Below are positions 1 through 11,907 of a DNA stretch of 64,000 nt, piece after piece. A model generated the notes under the pieces. The model did no database searches, had not been told where the DNA came from, and saw only the letters and a program-made list of their open reading frames with translations. Source of the stretch: Bacteroidota bacterium (GTDB lineage Bacteria; Bacteroidota; Bacteroidia; J057; JAJTIE01); the NCBI GenBank assembly GCA_019638695.1, contig JAHBTG010000001.1:84123-148122 (forward strand). The letters are read 5' to 3'. Numbering within the stretch: position 1 is the first letter of the stretch; every line of letters starts with the position of its first letter. The position numbers and the translations under genes are program-made.

Positions 1-1082
1 GGGATGATCCACACACCTGCCTGCCAGCACCAGCGAAAGGTATCCAGTACCAGTTGCACAAAGGCCGGCAAAGAGAACGCATGGCGCATGTCCTGCAGCG
101 TACCCGTCTGGCTGAACGCCTGGGTGCCGTTCAGCGCCAGCAGAGGCAGGTAATACGCACAGATCCCCAGGGTCACCAGTCCGGCGCTTTGCCATACCCC
201 CCGCAAGGATAAACGACCATAGAAAGCGGCCGCCAGCCAGGCCGCGTAACACCCGGCCAACGGAAATACCATGCTGGGCAAGGCCCAGGTCCCAGCCACC
301 ATACACCCCGCAAATACCACATGACTGAGGCTGTGCCAGCCTTTGCGCACCACCCCGTCCCAGCAAAGAAACCCCAGCAGGCTACAAAACAGCATAAGCG
401 CATACCCGCGGGCATGAATACCATAGAGCAGCAGCGGATACGTCAGCGCCAGCAGCAAACTGGCGCCCCAGGCGGCTACCGCATGCCAGCGCAAACGCAA
501 CCACACATAGGCTACGCTCACCAACATCCCCCCCAGCAATACAGGCAGCCATCGAATGCCGGGCAGCAAGGCATTGAGGGCATTGAACAAAGGATGATTA
601 TTGGTACCGGGATAATACAAAAGCGACACCAGGGGACCCTGCCGGGTAAAGTTCAGGTAGCTATAAGCTTCATCATAGGTGATGGGGGTACTCACGGCCC
701 AGTAACCACGAACCAGGACCAGCAGGGCCAGCCCCGTGAGGAACAGGCATCTTTCCCACCAGGGCAACCGCTTCCATAACCGGCCCGGGAGGCGCACCGC
801 AGCCACTATTGCCAAAGGAAGGCGTTTCCACAACGAGCTACGCCAGGCCAAGAGGCCAAGCGCCATCCAGCAACCGGCACCCAGCAAAGCCAGTATGCAC
901 CGCTCCTCCCTGCGTTCAGGCGCAAATGCCTGCTGTAGCAGGATATGCGCTGTGCCGCCTGCAAATAACTGCTCGCCCAATTGCAGCCACCACCCTGCCG
1001 GCAATGCCGCCAGCAGGACCAGCGCCAGGACAATGAACCCGCAAACCAGTGCAACCGGCAGCCGCAGCGCAGTAAACTTCAT
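1..1082 (-). CDS. Polytopic membrane glycosyltransferase, GT-C (ArnT/PMT-like); N-terminal part only, the C-terminus lies left of the window
   Basis: Absent from the ORF track because it runs off the edge. Hand translation of the minus strand from ATG 1082..1080 gives MKFTALRLPVALVCGFIVLALVLL...VSTPITYDEAYSYLNFTRQGPLVSLLYYPGTNNHPLFNAL... This is an uninterrupted multi-TM frame down to position 1. The start overlaps the nnr stop (TAATG). Plus-strand ORFs 321..779 and 736..1125 are P/Q/R-rich antisense artefacts. Confidence 0.6.
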   Translation of the reverse strand, partial: MKFTALRLPVALVCGFIVLALVLLAALPAGWWLQLGEQLFAGGTAHILLQQAFAPERREERCILALLGAGCWMALGLLAWRSSLWKRLPLAIVAAVRLPGRLWKRLPWWERCLFLTGLALLVLVRGYWAVSTPITYDEAYSYLNFTRQGPLVSLLYYPGTNNHPLFNALNALLPGIRWLPVLLGGMLVSVAYVWLRLRWHAVAAWGASLLLALTYPLLLYGIHARGYALMLFCSLLGFLCWDGVVRKGWHSLSHVVFAGCMVAGTWALPSMVFPLAGCYAAWLAAAFYGRLSLRGVWQSAGLVTLGICAYYLPLLALNGTQAFSQTGTLQDMRHAFSLPAFVQLVLDTFRWCWQAGVWII

Positions 1083-2653
1083 TAGTCCACAATCTGATGG
1101 AGCACCGGGCTTACTGCAGAGCTGATCTTGCCCGCAGTCACGCCCTCCGGGCCCAGTTCCGCTGTCAGGCAGTCGCCCGCACTGGCATGCAGGTACACGC
1201 CCATAGCAGCAGCCTTCAGGCTGTTATAACCCTGTGCCATGAGCCCGGCAACCACACCAGACAGCACATCACCGGCGCCCGCGGTAGCCATACCGGCATT
1301 GCCTGCCGTGCAGATATAAGCCGTGCCGTTGGGCGCGGCAATCAGGGTACCGGCACCTTTGAGCACCACCACCACCTTACGCAGCTGCGCCAGTTTGAGC
1401 GCCTGTTCATAGCGCCGCTTCTGGATATCGTCCGTATCTACCCCCAGCAAACGCGCCATCTCACCCGGATGGGGGGTGATCACAGTGTTACTGTAATACC
1501 CATCACTGTTCTCGGCAATAAGCTTCCACAGGTCAGGATGCTCCGCCAGGATATTCAGGGCATCGGCATCCAGCACGGTAGGCAGCTTGATGCGTTCCAG
1601 CGCTTTACGCAGGAAAACTGCTGTCTCCGGGGTATTGCCCAGCCCGGGACCCAGCACCACGGCAGATTTATCCTCCAGGTAGCTGCCAAACACATCCCCG
1701 GCGGTCTCATTCAAATAAGCTGCGTTCTCGCTGCCATAAGGAATGGACATATGTTCCATGCCCTGGCGGTGAAATGCCGTGGTGATGCTCCCGGGAATAA
1801 ATGCCGTGCACAACCCGGCGCCTACTTCCAGGGCGGCCTGTGCCGCCAGGCCAATAGCTCCGGGTTTCCCTTTGCTGCCCCCGGCCAGCATCACGTGCCC
1901 ATAGCTGCCTTTGTGTGTATTCTCCCGCCGGGGAAGGTACCACTCCCGGATGAGCGTATCATTTAATAACTCAAACTTAATGCCCAACCGGTCCAGTATA
2001 GTGCCATACATATAGAGGTCGATCACCTCCACTTTGCCACAATACTCTGCCGCAGGCTGCACATAGTGGCATATTTTGGGCAATTCCAGCGCCAGCGTAT
2101 GTGCGCAGGACAGCGGTTCGTTCAGCAGCACGCCGGTATCTCCCAGCAATCCGCTGGGCAGGTCTATAGCCACTACCGCGTGCTGCGGGTATTCCCGCAC
2201 CGTATCCAGTATATCCTTCACCGGGCTCTTGAGCGCCTGGCGGGTACCGGTGCCCAGCAATGCATCCACTACCACACAGGAAGGGGTTTCCTTGAGGTAC
2301 CGGGCAAGGTCGGCAGCCGTGTTATCTGTGTAGTAGGTATGCGGAATGCCCGCCTTCTCCAGGATCTGGAAATTCACCTGCACATCACCCGTCATCTGTG
2401 TAGAAGGGCGGGTATAAAACACCTGTGGGTGGCGGCCCTGGCTGTAGAGGTACCGGGCAATGACAATGCCATCTCCCCCGTTATTCCCGGGCCCGCAGAG
2501 GATCAGGAAATCCCGGGTATCGGGATAAGTGCGCAGGAGAAACTCTGCACAACGGCGGCCGGCGGTTTCCATCAGCAGCAGACTGGGGTAGCAATACTCC
2601 TCTATCATAATGCGCTCTATCTCCCTAATCTGCGCGCTATTGGTAATCAGCAT
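1082..2653 (-). CDS. nnr: Bifunctional NAD(P)H-hydrate repair enzyme (epimerase/ADP-dependent dehydratase, YjeF family)
   Basis: 523-aa ORF with the N-terminal YjeF motif LCGPGNNGGDG and the C-terminal dehydratase motif TAGAGDVLSG. Confidence 0.9.
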   Translation of the reverse strand: MLITNSAQIREIERIMIEEYCYPSLLLMETAGRRCAEFLLRTYPDTRDFLILCGPGNNGGDGIVIARYLYSQGRHPQVFYTRPSTQMTGDVQVNFQILEKAGIPHTYYTDNTAADLARYLKETPSCVVVDALLGTGTRQALKSPVKDILDTVREYPQHAVVAIDLPSGLLGDTGVLLNEPLSCAHTLALELPKICHYVQPAAEYCGKVEVIDLYMYGTILDRLGIKFELLNDTLIREWYLPRRENTHKGSYGHVMLAGGSKGKPGAIGLAAQAALEVGAGLCTAFIPGSITTAFHRQGMEHMSIPYGSENAAYLNETAGDVFGSYLEDKSAVVLGPGLGNTPETAVFLRKALERIKLPTVLDADALNILAEHPDLWKLIAENSDGYYSNTVITPHPGEMARLLGVDTDDIQKRRYEQALKLAQLRKVVVVLKGAGTLIAAPNGTAYICTAGNAGMATAGAGDVLSGVVAGLMAQGYNSLKAAAMGVYLHASAGDCLTAELGPEGVTAGKISSAVSPVLHQIVD

Positions 2654-2713
2654 GTCTAAAAATGGGTTTTTCTATTTGCGAATATGCAAAAAAACAGCAA
2701 TCCCGAACCCGTC

Positions 2714-3850
2714 CTACAGCAAGCCTTGGGTATGAAGCTGTACCCGGATTTCCTCGGTATGCTGGCCCAGTGCAGGCGGCGGCGTCATCTCGGCAGGCTG
2801 CCAACCGCTGCTGTTAAAAGCTGCCGTGCGCAATCCCAGGCCCTGCGCTGCAGGATGGGTAAGCAGCAAATGCTGCACCTCCGGCAGGGCAGCTGCCTGG
2901 CTTACCCGGAGTATGCGGCCTGCAGGTATCTTCTGTGCGGCCAGCAGGTCCATAAGCGTATCGCGTTCATAGCGGGCCACAGCTTCCTGCAGCAAAGGTT
3001 TGAGCACATCACGGTGACGCACACGAGCCGCATTGGTAACAAACCGGGTATCCGCAGCCAGTGCGGGCAGCTGCAATACCTCGCAAAGACGGACAAACTG
3101 GGCATCCGTGCCCACTGCCAGCAGCAGGTGATGACCATCTGCCGCACGGAACAAAGTGCCATAAGGTGCAATGGAGGGGTGATCCGCCCCCAGGGGTTCC
3201 GGGTCCTGACCGCGCCACAACCAGGCGCTCATCAGATTGGCCAGTGCAGTCACCCCCGCCTCTATCAGGGAGGTAGCTACCTGCACCCCCTGCCCGGTGC
3301 GCTCCCTGTGGTATAAAGCAAGTAAAACGGCCTCTTTCAGCTGATGCGCCGCCAGCAAGTCCATGATAGCTACCGGGGTCTTCAGGGGCTCCTGTCCCGG
3401 CTCGCGGGTGAGGTACATAAGACCGCTCTCGGCCTGCACTATCGCATCAAATCCTGCACGGGGGTTATGCTCTCCATAACCGGTAATGCTTCCGTAAATA
3501 AGCCGGGGGTTTTGCCGGCTCAGGCTGGCATAATCCATCCCCAGCCTGGCAGCGCTTCCCGGCTTATAGTTGGCAATCACAATATCTGCCTGGCCGGCCA
3601 GCGCCAGGGCCACCTTCAGATCTTCGGGTTGGGTAAGATCCAGGCAAACGGAACGCTTCCCCCAGTTAATGGCACTAAAGTAGGCGCTGGTGCCCTGCTC
3701 TCCGGGCAGGAGCCACTGGCGGGTAACATCTCCGGCAGGAGGCTCCACCTTGATGACATCAGCCCCCATCTCTGCCAGGAAACACCCTACAGAAGGCCCC
3801 GCCAGGACGGCTGCCAGCTCCAGCACCCGTATGTGTGAAAGTGGTTTCAT
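2714..3850 (-). CDS. Family III CoA-transferase (CaiB/BaiF family)
   Basis: N-terminal signature IRVLELAAVLAGPSVGCFLAEMGADVIKVEPP. Start placed at MKPLSH (ATG 3850); the ORF track extends to 3895. Confidence 0.85.
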   Translation of the reverse strand: MKPLSHIRVLELAAVLAGPSVGCFLAEMGADVIKVEPPAGDVTRQWLLPGEQGTSAYFSAINWGKRSVCLDLTQPEDLKVALALAGQADIVIANYKPGSAARLGMDYASLSRQNPRLIYGSITGYGEHNPRAGFDAIVQAESGLMYLTREPGQEPLKTPVAIMDLLAAHQLKEAVLLALYHRERTGQGVQVATSLIEAGVTALANLMSAWLWRGQDPEPLGADHPSIAPYGTLFRAADGHHLLLAVGTDAQFVRLCEVLQLPALAADTRFVTNAARVRHRDVLKPLLQEAVARYERDTLMDLLAAQKIPAGRILRVSQAAALPEVQHLLLTHPAAQGLGLRTAAFNSSGWQPAEMTPPPALGQHTEEIRVQLHTQGLL

Positions 3851-3992
3851 AGCTGCAAAATAAACCGCAAAGGGCTGTAGTGGAATTTTGGGCATTAATT
3901 GTTATTTTTACCCAAAGTGAATATGAAGATTTCAGGCCAGATACGTCCGGGAAACTCATGATCTGACAGGCTTACCACCCGAAAGCATAGTT

Positions 3993-6900
3993 GTGAAATT
4001 TATAGAGGATAAACTGCGGTCTTTGGCGCGTGATGAAACAGCGTATGCCGAACTCCTGGCACTCTTGCCGGAGATCACCCGGTATCCCTGGCCCCTGGAG
4101 GATGCCACACACGAACCGCTGATGTACCTGCAGGGCGACTATATACGCCGGGCCAACCAGGCCGCCTGCACGCTGCTGGGCATGAGCCGCACGTCACTGG
4201 AAGGGAAGCGGCTGGAGGAAGCGCTGGAACCTCAGGCAGTGCAGGCCATTAGCATGGCGCAGAACAAAGCCGTTCTGGGAACAGGAGAAGTGGTGATCAC
4301 CCACATTCGGGTGGGCACCCAGCAGGTGAGCCTGCGTTTTGAGCCCGATACCTGGCGGCACCTGGGGGGCGTGCTGATACGGCTCATACCACATGATTAC
4401 CCGGACCTCTCGGATGATTCCCAGGTCAATCCTTTTAGCTGGATCCAGAAATCACCTATCCCGTGCATGGTGCTCAATGCCCGTAGCGAGCTGGTGGTGT
4501 GTAACCGAGCTGCCCAGGAATACCTGGGGATTGACCCCAGTGCCGCCCCGGACGAACCGTTCTTCTCCGCTGCGTTTCAACTGGAAACCCTGAGACCCAG
4601 CTCAGAGACCCTGGCCATGCTGCTCAAGCGGGATGGGTATTTCATGCAAACCGCAGAGGTATGCCGCAAAGACGGCACCCGGCTGCAAATGCGCGCACAG
4701 GGGTATTACCTGGCCAATAAGGACGGCAGCCACAGCGGCCTGCTCATGATCATGGAGCCCAGGCATGCCGAAGACACGCTGGCAGAGACCTCAAATCTGC
4801 TGATGCAGTTGGTTCCTTTCCTCAGCGAGCCTATTTGCTGGAAGAACACCACCGGCAAATACCTGGGTTGCAATATGGCCTTTGCCAGGGCACTGGGATT
4901 TAAGAAACCGGAAGAACTGGTGGGGCTGACAGACCAGGAAATATTCGGGCAAAGCCCCGAACAGCTCAAGCGCCTGAAACAGCAGGACGACCTGGTCATT
5001 CAGCAAAAGAACGCACAGTATTTTATCCTGGAGGACCTCACCGTTCCCAGCGGGTACCAGACCAATGTCGGCGTGCTCAAAGCCCCCTTATTCCAGGCCA
5101 ATGGGGAACGGCTCATATTCACGCTGGCGAGAGACCTGAACAACCAGCAGACGCTGCAGCAAAAACTGGTCACGCAGCAGGCCCTGTTCCGCAAACTGAT
5201 CGATCACCTGCCATTCTCAATCACACTGCTGGACCCGTCCGGCAGATTCTTGCTGGCGAATACCCGTGTATTGCGGGATCTAAAGAAATCGGAAGAAGAA
5301 GTCATTGGCAAACATTACACGGAGGTGAGCACTCCGGGTATCCATGCCCTGGCAGAAGCGGCCCAGCAAGGGCAGCATACTGCGCTACAGGAAGTAACCT
5401 ATTATGAGGGCGCACAAGAAAAACGGCTGATCGCAGGCGTGACCCATGTAGAAGACTATGACGGACACCATCAGGTGCTCATTGGCTTTACACTGGATAC
5501 TACCCGGTTACCGGCAGCCAGGCCCATCCCGGAGACCCAGGATCTGGCGCTTTTGCGCTCGGTGATTAATGTGAGCGTGGATATCATATATGTGCGGGAC
5601 GCACAGGGGTATTTCCTGCTGGCCAACCGGCAGACAGAACGGCTGCTGGGCAGCTCCCTGCAGGAGATCATGCAGCCTCACTATAAGGTGCCGGAAGTGT
5701 TCAGCACCTTTATGCGAATGGAACCTGCGGTCATAGAGGATGAGCAGTCTGTGGTACAGGAGGAAGGCCTGGCAGACCATGCGGGCCACCTGCAATGGTA
5801 CCAGACACGCAAAATGCCGTTTCGCCTGCCCAACGGGCAGGTGGCGCAACTGGCCATTTCCTCAGAGGTGACCGACCGGGTGCGGGCAGAAGGAGAGCTG
5901 CTACGCAAAACGGCCGAACTGCAGGCTATTTTCATGGCACTGCCAGACCTGTACCTGCGGATAGACCAGGACGGGGTATTCCGGGATTATCATGCCATTC
6001 GAACCTCGGAATTTGCACGCTATCGCAAGCTGCTGTTATATCGCCCGTTAGCCCAGGTACTGCCCGAACAGGTTGCCCTGAGCCTGAATACAGCATTGCA
6101 ACGCGTGCTCACCACGCAACGAAGCGCACAGGTAGAGTTTCACTTGCGTAACCAGCACTACGAATGCCGCCTTATTCCCTTCTTTGGCAATGAAGCGGTA
6201 GCAGTTGTCCGCAACATTACCCAGACCAAGCGGCAAGAGCTTGCCCTGCGCCGGAGCGAAGAGAAATACCGCTCTGTCATGGATAATGTGCGGGAGATCT
6301 TTTTTCAGACAGACGACCAGGGGCAGTTTACGTTCCTCAGCGCAAGCTGGCAGGAATACCTGGGGTATGCCACTCCCGAATGTTTACAGAAACCACTCAC
6401 AGCCTATTTGCACGGGAATGATGTGCAGCTGGTAGAGAAGTTCATGCGCTATGTACTCAGCCAGCGTGCAGGGAGCTTCCGGGCGGAAGTGCGGTTGCAA
6501 ACAGCCCGCGGCAATATGCGCTGGATGGACCTGCAAGCCAGTTGCGCGCGTTTGCCCGGCAGCACGGAATATGGCCTTACCGGAACATTGCACGATGTGA
6601 CGGAACGCAAACTGGCAGAGCAGGCACTGCTGGAATCCAAGGAACTGGCGGAGGAGGCGGTGCGGGCCAAGTCTGAGTTCCTGGCCACAGTAAGTCATGA
6701 GCTGCGTACCCCGCTCAACAGCATTATAGGCGTTGCGGAGCTGCTGCACCAGCTAGATCTCCCGGCAGAACAGAATGACCTGATGGGCACCTTACGCATC
6801 AGCAGCGAGACATTATTACAACTCATCAATGACCTGCTGGACTTCAGCAAAATAGAGAGCGGACAGCTGATGCTGGACAAAAAGCCATTTGCGCCGGGCC

Positions 6901-8165
6901 AGCTACTGCATGATTCGCTGGAACTGCTGCGATCCAAGGCCGAAGCCAACCGGGTACAGGTAGCACTGTATATAGACCCTGCCATACCTCTGCAACTGGA
7001 GGGAGATGCCCTGCGCATGCGCCAAGTCATATTCAACCTGCTGGACAATGCCATCAAATTCAGCAAAGGAGGAAATGTGTGCATCAGCCTCTACCCTGTC
7101 AACAAAGAAAAGGATACGGAAGCTCGATTATGCCTGAGTGTGGCAGACAGCGGCATAGGCATTGCACCCAGCAAGCAGCACATCATCTTTGATCCCTTTG
7201 TTCAGGCAGATACCACCACCAACCGTCAATACGGCGGCACCGGGCTCGGACTGGCCATCTGCCAGCGCATAGCCCTGCTGATGGGTGGCAAGCTATGGGT
7301 GGAGAGCAAGCCGGGGCTGGGAAGCACTTTCTTCTTCACGTTTGATTGCCCCGTGGCAACCCCTGCCCCCTCTTCATCTAATGCCCTGAACATACTGCTG
7401 GCAGCACGCTCCAGCCTGGCGCTGGGCACTCTGAGAGACTACCTGGAGCAGCAGGGGCATTCCGTGATGACCGCACATACGGCAGAACAGATCCGGGAAA
7501 TCCTGCACCTGTGGACTCCCCAGCAGGTGATAGCAGGGTATTCCCTCCTGAAAGAAATGGAAACCACCCGGCAAGACCTGCCGCCGCCCCTGCAAGTACA
7601 CCTGTGGAAAGACAGTTATTCCATATCCCAGGAGGCTTATGCACAATATGCCTCCTGGAGCGCGCATGCCCCGCTTCCCTGGCAAATATCAGGTGCAGAC
7701 CTGCACACTGCACTGCATACCCCGGGCAGCACGGATCAGGAGAGCATGTCGCTGACGCCGGAGAAACAGGGCCCGGCACCGGCATCTCGTCATCATATCC
7801 TGGTAGCAGAAGACAATGCGATCAATCAGAAACTGATAGGCCGCATGCTGGAGTACCTGGGGTATGGGTATACGCTCGCCGGCAACGGCAACGAAGTGCT
7901 GGACCAGCTCAGCCACCAGTCCTATGATCTGGTACTCATGGACATCCAGATGCCCGGACTGGACGGCCTGGAAGCCACACGCATGTTGCGGGCAGAGCTG
8001 CAACTAGGCCTGCCCATAGTAGCCATGACCGCACATGTACTGCCCGGGTTTGAGGCCGCGTGCACAGCGGCAGGAATGGACGCCTACCTGCCCAAACCCA
8101 TCCGGCTGGAAGCCTTGTCCCAGTTACTGGCACGTCTGTTGACCGCATCCCCTGCCTCGGCATGA
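3993..8165 (+). CDS. Hybrid sensor histidine kinase: multiple PAS domains, HisKA, HATPase_c, degenerate receiver-like spacer, receiver
   Basis: 1390 aa with a GTG start. H-box [19 protein letters not shown] boxes [12 protein letters not shown] and [19 protein letters not shown], receiver [12 protein letters not shown]...[14 protein letters not shown]. No obvious TM segment. Confidence 0.9.
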   Translation: MKFIEDKLRSLARDETAYAELLALLPEITRYPWPLEDATHEPLMYLQGDYIRRANQAACTLLGMSRTSLEGKRLEEALEPQAVQAISMAQNKAVLGTGEVVITHIRVGTQQVSLRFEPDTWRHLGGVLIRLIPHDYPDLSDDSQVNPFSWIQKSPIPCMVLNARSELVVCNRAAQEYLGIDPSAAPDEPFFSAAFQLETLRPSSETLAMLLKRDGYFMQTAEVCRKDGTRLQMRAQGYYLANKDGSHSGLLMIMEPRHAEDTLAETSNLLMQLVPFLSEPICWKNTTGKYLGCNMAFARALGFKKPEELVGLTDQEIFGQSPEQLKRLKQQDDLVIQQKNAQYFILEDLTVPSGYQTNVGVLKAPLFQANGERLIFTLARDLNNQQTLQQKLVTQQALFRKLIDHLPFSITLLDPSGRFLLANTRVLRDLKKSEEEVIGKHYTEVSTPGIHALAEAAQQGQHTALQEVTYYEGAQEKRLIAGVTHVEDYDGHHQVLIGFTLDTTRLPAARPIPETQDLALLRSVINVSVDIIYVRDAQGYFLLANRQTERLLGSSLQEIMQPHYKVPEVFSTFMRMEPAVIEDEQSVVQEEGLADHAGHLQWYQTRKMPFRLPNGQVAQLAISSEVTDRVRAEGELLRKTAELQAIFMALPDLYLRIDQDGVFRDYHAIRTSEFARYRKLLLYRPLAQVLPEQVALSLNTALQRVLTTQRSAQVEFHLRNQHYECRLIPFFGNEAVAVVRNITQTKRQELALRRSEEKYRSVMDNVREIFFQTDDQGQFTFLSASWQEYLGYATPECLQKPLTAYLHGNDVQLVEKFMRYVLSQRAGSFRAEVRLQTARGNMRWMDLQASCARLPGSTEYGLTGTLHDVTERKLAEQALLESKELAEEAVRAKSEFLATVSHELRTPLNSIIGVAELLHQLDLPAEQNDLMGTLRISSETLLQLINDLLDFSKIESGQLMLDKKPFAPGQLLHDSLELLRSKAEANRVQVALYIDPAIPLQLEGDALRMRQVIFNLLDNAIKFSKGGNVCISLYPVNKEKDTEARLCLSVADSGIGIAPSKQHIIFDPFVQADTTTNRQYGGTGLGLAICQRIALLMGGKLWVESKPGLGSTFFFTFDCPVATPAPSSSNALNILLAARSSLALGTLRDYLEQQGHSVMTAHTAEQIREILHLWTPQQVIAGYSLLKEMETTRQDLPPPLQVHLWKDSYSISQEAYAQYASWSAHAPLPWQISGADLHTALHTPGSTDQESMSLTPEKQGPAPASRHHILVAEDNAINQKLIGRMLEYLGYGYTLAGNGNEVLDQLSHQSYDLVLMDIQMPGLDGLEATRMLRAELQLGLPIVAMTAHVLPGFEAACTAAGMDAYLPKPIRLEALSQLLARLLTASPASA

Positions 8166-10321
8166 AAATAGCCCCCCACATAGCACAGATCCTGGCAGCG
8201 GTCTCCATCATCCTGGGGCTGTTCAATGCGGTGCTGTTCCTGTCCAGCAGGCGCATGAGCGGCGCGCTGTATTTCTTTGCGGTCTCCATCATCCTCATTG
8301 CCTGGTCTATGGGCAACCTGATGGAGCTGATGGTAGACACCCTGCCCCAGCGGATCACCTGGCTGGAGATCCAGGAGCTGAGGCTGCTCCTGGCCATTCC
8401 CATCCTCAGTTATAGTTTTGATGTTCTGGGCTTCCGCAAATATGTGAGCCATAGTGTTTCGGCTATCATCTTCCTGCCACTGGTAGTCTACACCCTGCTG
8501 GTCATGACCCAGGTGCTGGCGCCTTATGTATGGGAGATCATTCCGCTGTCGGACGGCAGCCACTATATCAAGGAAAAAACCCTGCGCGTGCTGGCCTACA
8601 GCTATATGTATGCCACCATTATGCTGGCGGCACTATTCATGTTTATGAGCGCACGCAAACGGGGGGGCGTGCAGCGTGCGCAGCTGTATTACCTGTCTTC
8701 TCTCACCATTATTACCCTCATCATCGGCATAGGCAACCACTATGGCCTGCCCAACACCCGCCCCAAACCGGAGATAGCCACCCTGGCAGGCCACCTGGTG
8801 CTGGCGGGCCTGGCACTCAGCCATTATAAAAGTCACTGGTTTGAAAAACCGGCACTGGGACGGGATAGTGTACTGGAGCGGGTTGCGGATGCCCTGGTCA
8901 TCTGCAACTCAGATTTCATCATTGAGGATGCCAACCAGGCGGCCTGCCAGCTGCTGGAAAAAGAATTCAAGGAAATCGAAGGGCACAATCTCCTGGAGCT
9001 GCTCTATGCAAGCTTTCGCATGGAACAAGGGCTCAACCCCACAGAAGTGTCCCTGGCAGACCAGTTCTTTTATGCCCAGAAAGGCGAACGCTCCTACGAA
9101 GGCCGCTTCAGCGAGATCAGAGACAAGAACCAGCGCCCTACGGGGTTTTTCCTGAGCCTCAAGGACTATACGCAGCAACGCGCCACGCAGGTGCTGCTCA
9201 AGAAAAAGGATGCGGAGTTCGCTTCCTTGTTCTCCGCTTTCCCCGACTTGTACTTCAGGCTGGACCGCGCAGGCAGGGTACAGGATTTCCGCAGCCATGA
9301 AACCCGCATGCTGTCTCAACTGCCCCAGGAAATCACCGGCAAAACACTGGGAGAAATGATGCCTCCGCACATCTCCGAGGCCAGCCAGCTGGCCATACAG
9401 CAGGCACTGCGCACCCGGGAAGTGCAGTCCTTTGAATATAGCCTTATCCTGCACGGACAGCAGCATTACTTTGAAGCACGGGTCATTGCCGTGGACGACG
9501 AAGAGGTGCTGGCCGTAGTGCGCAACATCACGGAGAAAAAACTGGGCGAACAGAACCTGATAGAAAGCGAACGCCGCTTCCGCAACCTGGCGGAATATAG
9601 CCCGGACTTTATCTATATCTTCGATCATAAAGACGGCATCCCCATCTACATCAATAAAAAAGAACTGCTGGGATACAGCTTGTTATCCCTGATGGAAGAC
9701 GGCTTCAGCCTGATAGGCAAAGTGTATCCCGAGGACCGTCCAAAAGTCCTGCAACATTGGAGAGCCCTGGGAAGCAGCCCGCAGGAACAACCCCTGGAGA
9801 TCGAATACCGCATGCTCAACAGCAAGGGCGAGTGGGAGTGGCTCCAAAGCAGGGACCGTGTGATTAACCGCCTGCCGGACAACAGCCCGCATCAAACGCT
9901 GATTACGCTCACCAACATCACCCAGCGCAAACGCACGGAACAGATGCTGCGCGAAGCCAAGGAACAGGCAGAAGCCAGCACCCGCGCCAAGGCAGATTTC
10001 CTGGCCACAATGAGCCATGAGATCCGCACCCCCATGAATGGCGTCATTGGCACCGTCAGCCTCCTGCAGCGCACCCGCTTAGATGCAGAACAACAGGATT
10101 ATGTGGAGACGCTGCGCACCAGCAGCGAAGCCTTGCTGAACCTGATCAACGAGATCCTGGATTTCAGTAAAATAGAGAGCGGGCGCATGGAACTGGAATC
10201 CGTGGCTTACAGTCCTTCCGAAGCTTTGGGAGAAGTCATAGAGCTGATGACACCGCGTGCCCAGGAAAAAGGCATAGAGCGCTATCCTACACTGTACAGA
10301 GCCCGTTACCGCAGCTGGTAG
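8162..10321 (+). CDS. Hybrid sensor histidine kinase, 5' fragment (7TM N-terminal domain, PAS repeats, HisKA); frame breaks at about 10280
   Basis: Start taken at ATG 8162 ([14 protein letters not shown]...), which overlaps the upstream stop as ATGA. Seven hydrophobic helices are followed by PAS regions and the H-box [17 protein letters not shown]. The ORF ends ...[20 protein letters not shown], while the expected continuation is in another frame. Confidence 0.8.
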   Translation: MKIAPHIAQILAAVSIILGLFNAVLFLSSRRMSGALYFFAVSIILIAWSMGNLMELMVDTLPQRITWLEIQELRLLLAIPILSYSFDVLGFRKYVSHSVSAIIFLPLVVYTLLVMTQVLAPYVWEIIPLSDGSHYIKEKTLRVLAYSYMYATIMLAALFMFMSARKRGGVQRAQLYYLSSLTIITLIIGIGNHYGLPNTRPKPEIATLAGHLVLAGLALSHYKSHWFEKPALGRDSVLERVADALVICNSDFIIEDANQAACQLLEKEFKEIEGHNLLELLYASFRMEQGLNPTEVSLADQFFYAQKGERSYEGRFSEIRDKNQRPTGFFLSLKDYTQQRATQVLLKKKDAEFASLFSAFPDLYFRLDRAGRVQDFRSHETRMLSQLPQEITGKTLGEMMPPHISEASQLAIQQALRTREVQSFEYSLILHGQQHYFEARVIAVDDEEVLAVVRNITEKKLGEQNLIESERRFRNLAEYSPDFIYIFDHKDGIPIYINKKELLGYSLLSLMEDGFSLIGKVYPEDRPKVLQHWRALGSSPQEQPLEIEYRMLNSKGEWEWLQSRDRVINRLPDNSPHQTLITLTNITQRKRTEQMLREAKEQAEASTRAKADFLATMSHEIRTPMNGVIGTVSLLQRTRLDAEQQDYVETLRTSSEALLNLINEILDFSKIESGRMELESVAYSPSEALGEVIELMTPRAQEKGIERYPTLYRARYRSW

Positions 10322-11907
10322 TGGGCGATGTCACCCGCCTGCGCCAGGTACTGGTTAACCTGATAGATAACGCGCTTAAATTCACCCACCAGGGCCAAGT
10401 CCATATCAGCTGCAGCCTGCAGGCACAGGAGCAGGACCAGGCAGTGCTGGAATTTCAGGTGATGGATACCGGCATCGGCATGTCTGCCCATGTGCTGCAG
10501 CGGTTATTCCAGCCGTTCTCGCAGGCAGATACCAGCACCACCCGTCGATACGGAGGCACCGGACTGGGACTGGCTATTTGCGCCCGGCTGGTTGCCCTGC
10601 AAGGAGGAGATATCCAGGCATGCAGCCAGGAAGGGAAGGGCAGCACCTTCACTTTCACCATTCGCAACAGGCTAACTACTTACGTTCCCCACCCCATGCT
10701 GCCTGCAGGCAGTATGGCCGTATGCTTTCAAAGTAAATCCCGCAGTTTTGCCTACGCAGAGCAGCAATTAGAAGCGATAGGCATTACCTGCGTAGGGGTA
10801 GATGAACGGAACATACAGATGGCGCGGCTCGACGCCCAGCATTTCTTTTTCATCTGGATAGACCGCGGGTTTTCCCCCGCACGGCTGGGACAAATGGCCA
10901 AAAGGTTACTCGCCTTTTACAAGGAAAACCTACCCCCCATCCTGTTACTGGACACAGACCCAGCCTTACTGCAAGGCATTCCTCCCGAACGCATCACAAC
11001 TGTTCACTATCCCCTGCATGCCCAGCAGCTACTTACACAGATCAATAACCTGAGAGAAGGACAGCTTCCTGACGACACCAGTGCCGCACCAGACACCCAT
11101 ACCCCACAGGGGTTACCCGGCGAACAGTGGCCAATGTCTATCCTGGTGGCAGATGATAATGATATCAACCAGAAGCTGATCTGCCGCATGCTGGAAAAAC
11201 TGGGCTACACCGCAGATATTGCCGCCAGCGGCCTGGAAGTGCTGGAAAGCCTGCAACGCAAGTCTTATGACCTGCTGCTGCTGGACTTGCAGATGCCCGA
11301 AATGGATGGCCTGGAAGCCGCCCGCTACATTCGCAAAGACAGCGCCCGCTATGGCAGCCCCATCCTCATGGCCATGACGGCCAATGTCCTGGCACGCCAC
11401 CAGGCTGCCAGTTACCAGGCAGGCATCCATGCCTTCCTCTCCAAGCCCGTTAAGCTGGATACCCTGGAAAAGCAATTACACAGGCTGATCACTCAAGGCG
11501 CATTCCCTCACCTCAAAGCCGCAGGAGCCTTGCAGCTGGTAGACTACCTGGATATGGAGCGCCTGCAACAAACCCTGCGATCCCCCAGCCTGCAAGGGCC
11601 CAACAAGCTGCAAACCCTGCTGGAAAACTACCATATGCAGGTGCTGCATGTGATAGAACCCATGTTTGACATGCAAGAGAACGGCCGCACAGAAGAAATG
11701 CGTCACCAGGCTGCCCGCCTGCATGCCATTGCCGAACGCGTGGGGGCCCACCGGCTGGCAGAAGCCGCCTTGCAGTTACAAAAGTGTGATCCTGCCCACA
11801 GGGATGCGTGGAACAGCTGTTTCCGAAATATGGTGAACCTGGAGCGCATGACCGGTGTTCACCTCCAGTATGTCCAAGGCTCGCCAGAGGTCAACCCCCT
11901 CACTTAA
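10321..11907 (+). CDS. Hybrid sensor histidine kinase, 3' fragment (HATPase_c, degenerate receiver-like spacer, receiver, Hpt)
   Basis: Begins (GTG) GDVTRLRQVLVNLIDNALKFTHQG, which is the X/N-box region that normally follows HisKA. Then [19 protein letters not shown], receiver ILVADDNDINQ...DLLLLDLQMPEMDG, and a C-terminal Hpt-like helix MRHQAARLHAIAERVGAHRLAEAALQLQ. This frame stays open upstream to at least 10231 and reads [16 protein letters not shown]. Confidence 0.8.
   Translation: MGDVTRLRQVLVNLIDNALKFTHQGQVHISCSLQAQEQDQAVLEFQVMDTGIGMSAHVLQRLFQPFSQADTSTTRRYGGTGLGLAICARLVALQGGDIQACSQEGKGSTFTFTIRNRLTTYVPHPMLPAGSMAVCFQSKSRSFAYAEQQLEAIGITCVGVDERNIQMARLDAQHFFFIWIDRGFSPARLGQMAKRLLAFYKENLPPILLLDTDPALLQGIPPERITTVHYPLHAQQLLTQINNLREGQLPDDTSAAPDTHTPQGLPGEQWPMSILVADDNDINQKLICRMLEKLGYTADIAASGLEVLESLQRKSYDLLLLDLQMPEMDGLEAARYIRKDSARYGSPILMAMTANVLARHQAASYQAGIHAFLSKPVKLDTLEKQLHRLITQGAFPHLKAAGALQLVDYLDMERLQQTLRSPSLQGPNKLQTLLENYHMQVLHVIEPMFDMQENGRTEEMRHQAARLHAIAERVGAHRLAEAALQLQKCDPAHRDAWNSCFRNMVNLERMTGVHLQYVQGSPEVNPLT

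Noticed and set aside
321-1125. Plus-strand ORFs 321..779, 736..1125 and 809..1036, and minus-strand ORFs 173..424 and 806..1054.
   Set aside because: Their composition is P/Q/R/A-rich and nonsensical. The minus-strand frame starting at 1082 gives a coherent multi-TM GT-C-like protein that covers the whole region.
8060-8161. 5' extensions of track ORFs that overlap upstream genes or promoter regions: 8060..8161, 35926..36483, 32355..32495, 14417..14470, 42199..42288, 46492..46548, and the extensions on the minus strand at 53572..53676, 29296..29367 and 56285..56341.
   Set aside because: Internal ATGs give canonical N-termini (signal peptides, Walker A, family-typical first residues). The extensions overlap other genes or are antisense to them.
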